A DNA stretch of 64,000 nt from Candidatus Nomurabacteria bacterium (GTDB lineage Bacteria; Patescibacteriota; Minisyncoccia; Phycocordibacterales; UBA918), in the NCBI GenBank assembly GCA_020632135.1, contig JACKGC010000001.1:372241-436240 (forward strand), given 5' to 3'. Below, piece by piece: positions 63,801 to 64,000 of this stretch. The notes under the pieces are model-generated. The model was not told the origin of the DNA, made no database searches, and saw only the letters and a list, made by a program, of their open reading frames with translations. A program made the translations under genes and the position numbers. Numbering within the stretch: the first letter of the stretch is position 1; every line of letters starts with the position of its first letter.

Positions 63801-64000
63801 CATCAAGTAACTTTGGTATCACACTCGCCGCAGGTGACCTCAACAGCAATGGCGTCGACGACCTTATTATCAGTGCCTCTGGCTACGACGACACCTCCAT
63901 CACCAACAACGACGAAGGCCGCGTGTACATCATCACCTCCGAAGCCGCGGCGGAGCGGTACTCGCATCACCAGCTGCAAGGGACGATCCAGTTCTTTGGT
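57806..64000 (+). CDS. Giant membrane-anchored FG-GAP (integrin-alpha-like) repeat protein; the 3' end lies beyond the window
   Basis: Not in the ORF track. I translated the frame by hand from the ATG at 57806 (an in-frame TAA lies at 57794) to 64000 and found no stop. N-terminal TM helix FVVVGAVLLALFAMYWSGFF. There are 28 units of about 60 aa with the pattern FGxSLxxGDFNxDGxDDLxVGA...GRAYxFYG. Confidence 0.9.
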   Translation, partial: MSGTRYRTFVVVGAVLLALFAMYWSGFFTTTHSITDDLAQFDLVGERVEDDFTQYPLVSLNDEYTLTDTLKDGVEITYGSQASTTFNSPDLSQSLSLQFPKSLSEPLTITLPGNRTFTVTHNVEGHYQSELLTNTTAATDPLRFGARSEALTQVESAEAEESVAAEATPTYLKYTSPNSRTHTYYAYQKDQAAGYRNLKHWTIYQSGTGQETASYTFANAHLKTNDRGEVEVRYLGTYEVPRSGEEGGGAVEADLWARAQAVLAKDALLNIENQPPDLTIPAPYTIDAQGNQVTHEWVVTPQSAIDPSDTSGNYVLSVSFEVPLLGYPIALDPTLQFTAPGTSNSGDVITGEKTSSNFGTSMTTGDWNGDGKTDLAVGASGYDNIGGEGRVYIFWSSSRPDNTAEADVILTGQSTINEFGHSLATGDFNADGTDDLVVGARGYGSSQGRVYTFYGGSLEGGVANTVADDIITGEASFNFFGQSLAVGDFDADGRDDLAVGANYYSVGSFTLDGRAYIFYGDGSIPTTAGTADVTLTGEAANNNFGSSLTTGDYNADGTDDLAVGAYFWNNNATGRAYLFYGGSMVSENASGADVTLTGEATSNQFGWSLTTGDYNADGTDDLAVGAYSYTTNTGRAYLFYGGSMVSENASGADIILTGETTNNRFGHSLITGDYNADGTDDLAVGAYRYNSSQGRAYLFYGGSMVSENASGADVTLTGEATNNSFSYSLTTGDLNDDGKDDLLVGAYQYNSYQGRTYIFYSQSGQVNLNEHITGEGTGDYFGSAFAVGDFNNDGRDDLAVGAPYDNSNTGKVYIFYNDGDYSTLASTSDVILTGSTTGDKFGTALIAGDFNNNGQDDLVITATFYNSNQGGAFIFYGGDIVSNSASSADVIITGEASSYLGDVLEKGDLNNDGVDDLVISSINYGTVTGRAYLFYGGTLSSSSASAADVIFTGESTLDAFGISLTTGDFNADGTDDLAVGAFLYSAQTGRAYLFYGGAMASGNASGADVTLTGETTGNAFGISLTTGDFNHDGTDDLAVGASGYTTNTGRAHLFYGGAMTSKNASGADVTLTGETTDNRFGYSLTTGDFNADGTDDLAVGAFHYSSFTGRAYLFYGGTFTASMEAATSSSIMITGDSANDDFGLSLATGDFNADGKDDLVIGAPGYDNGGDTGRIYFYETREDYAWEIQRQSLADGLRVDPLMGYEMKITGEGTGNSFASAIAMADLNHDGKDDLIVGASAYDSTYINVGKVYIFYNDGNYPARAGRADHVIVGANLNALFGTSMTTGDFNGDGVLDLAVGSYSYSSYQGQTYIFYGPITADSIADADVTLTGEAVSYFGESMTVGDFNDDGTDDLVVGATAYSSSNFTGRAYIFYGNSLTDETATGADVIYTGESTFDFLGYSLAVGDYNNDGVDDLAAGAYFYGTNVGRAYLFFSTSTPGSRNASAADAIYTGESGSSFGASLTAGDYNHDGIDDVAIGASGYTTNTGRTYLFFSTSTPGSRNAIAADVILTGEITNNYFGTSLTTGDFNHDGTDDLAVAAEGYDVTTNSNEGRAYIFYSTSTPGSRAATAADVILTGEGASNSYGGALFSGDLNNDGTDDLLVGAAGYNSSQGRLYFYTTNDRHMTGEGTDDTLGTSFATGDFNHDGNNDLAVGAPGYGANQGRAYLFYGGRKATTSASGADVVLTGQTTGNYFARSLATGDFNNDGTDDLVVGARGHTSNTGRAYIFYGGEMAASLTAGADEDVAISGEGAVDYFSNSFAVGDYNADGRDDLIATAIGYTSVSFTGRAYIFYGGGSFPTAAADADVIIGGENAGDILGYSLTTGDFNADGTDDFVIGATGYSSGAGTGRAYIFYGGALASTTASNANVILTGEDTSNNFGEELSSGDFNADGTDDLAVGAYSYNTSQGRAYIFYGGSMTSESASAADVILTGEDTSNVFGASLTTGDFNADGTDDLAVGAYTYNTSQGRAYIFYGNELRTTGAENANVIVTGEKTSSNFGITLAAGDLNSNGVDDLIISASGYDDTSITNNDEGRVYIITSEAAAERYSHHQLQGTIQFFG

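Noticed and set aside
58850-63920. The 180-nt periodic repeats as a CRISPR or other non-coding array.
   Set aside because: The period corresponds to 60-aa protein repeats in one open frame, and there is no repeat-spacer structure. No CRISPR array or cas gene is present anywhere in the window.
1-64000. Diversity-generating retroelement, retron or other reverse-transcriptase-based system. I looked for one because CPR-like genomes and repeat-rich surface proteins often carry them.
   Set aside because: No ORF has RT motifs such as YxDD, and I saw no template/variable repeat pair.

Overview
This is a gene-dense bacterial chromosomal window with short genes, 6 tRNAs, no rRNA and no CRISPR array. 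The core genes include ruvX, uppS, rplS, pilMNO, znuACB-zur, mscL, a class I RNR and secE-nusG-rplK. Together with many promoters of the form TATACT-N6-8-ATG, which look leaderless, this suggests a small-genome, Patescibacteria/CPR-like lineage. That assignment is inference only.

Four things stand out.

1. A complete type IV secretion locus in virB1-to-virB11 order lies at 16.5-26.4 kb. It includes a VirB7-like lipoprotein ORF that is absent from the ORF track. No VirD4 or relaxase is present in the window, and a response regulator and a histidine kinase bracket the locus.

2. Two tRNA-proximal accessory regions are built from small cassettes. One is at tRNA-Val (7.8-9.6 kb) and the other runs from zur to tRNA-His (39.0-46.9 kb). 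The cassettes are two RelE/RelB pairs, Nudix proteins, and DUF2233-like, SAHH-like, PurM-like and AT-rich methyltransferase genes. They are separated by two families of conserved non-coding junction repeats. One family carries an 8-7-8 inverted-repeat core that looks like a recombinase site; the other is a 9-bp direct repeat, GTTAGAACT. No recombinase is visible in the window. This is my best candidate for an undescribed system.

3. An open-ended FG-GAP repeat gene of more than 2,065 codons runs from 57806 to the window end. It is missing from the ORF track and has 28 blades.

4. The RNR operon has the ATP-cone on NrdB. nrdA is bracketed by two copies of a hairpin element with a conserved core, and the operon has a long structured leader containing a perfect DnaA box.

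Fragments of tRNA genes are scattered through 1.2-2.5 kb and 7.8-9.5 kb.
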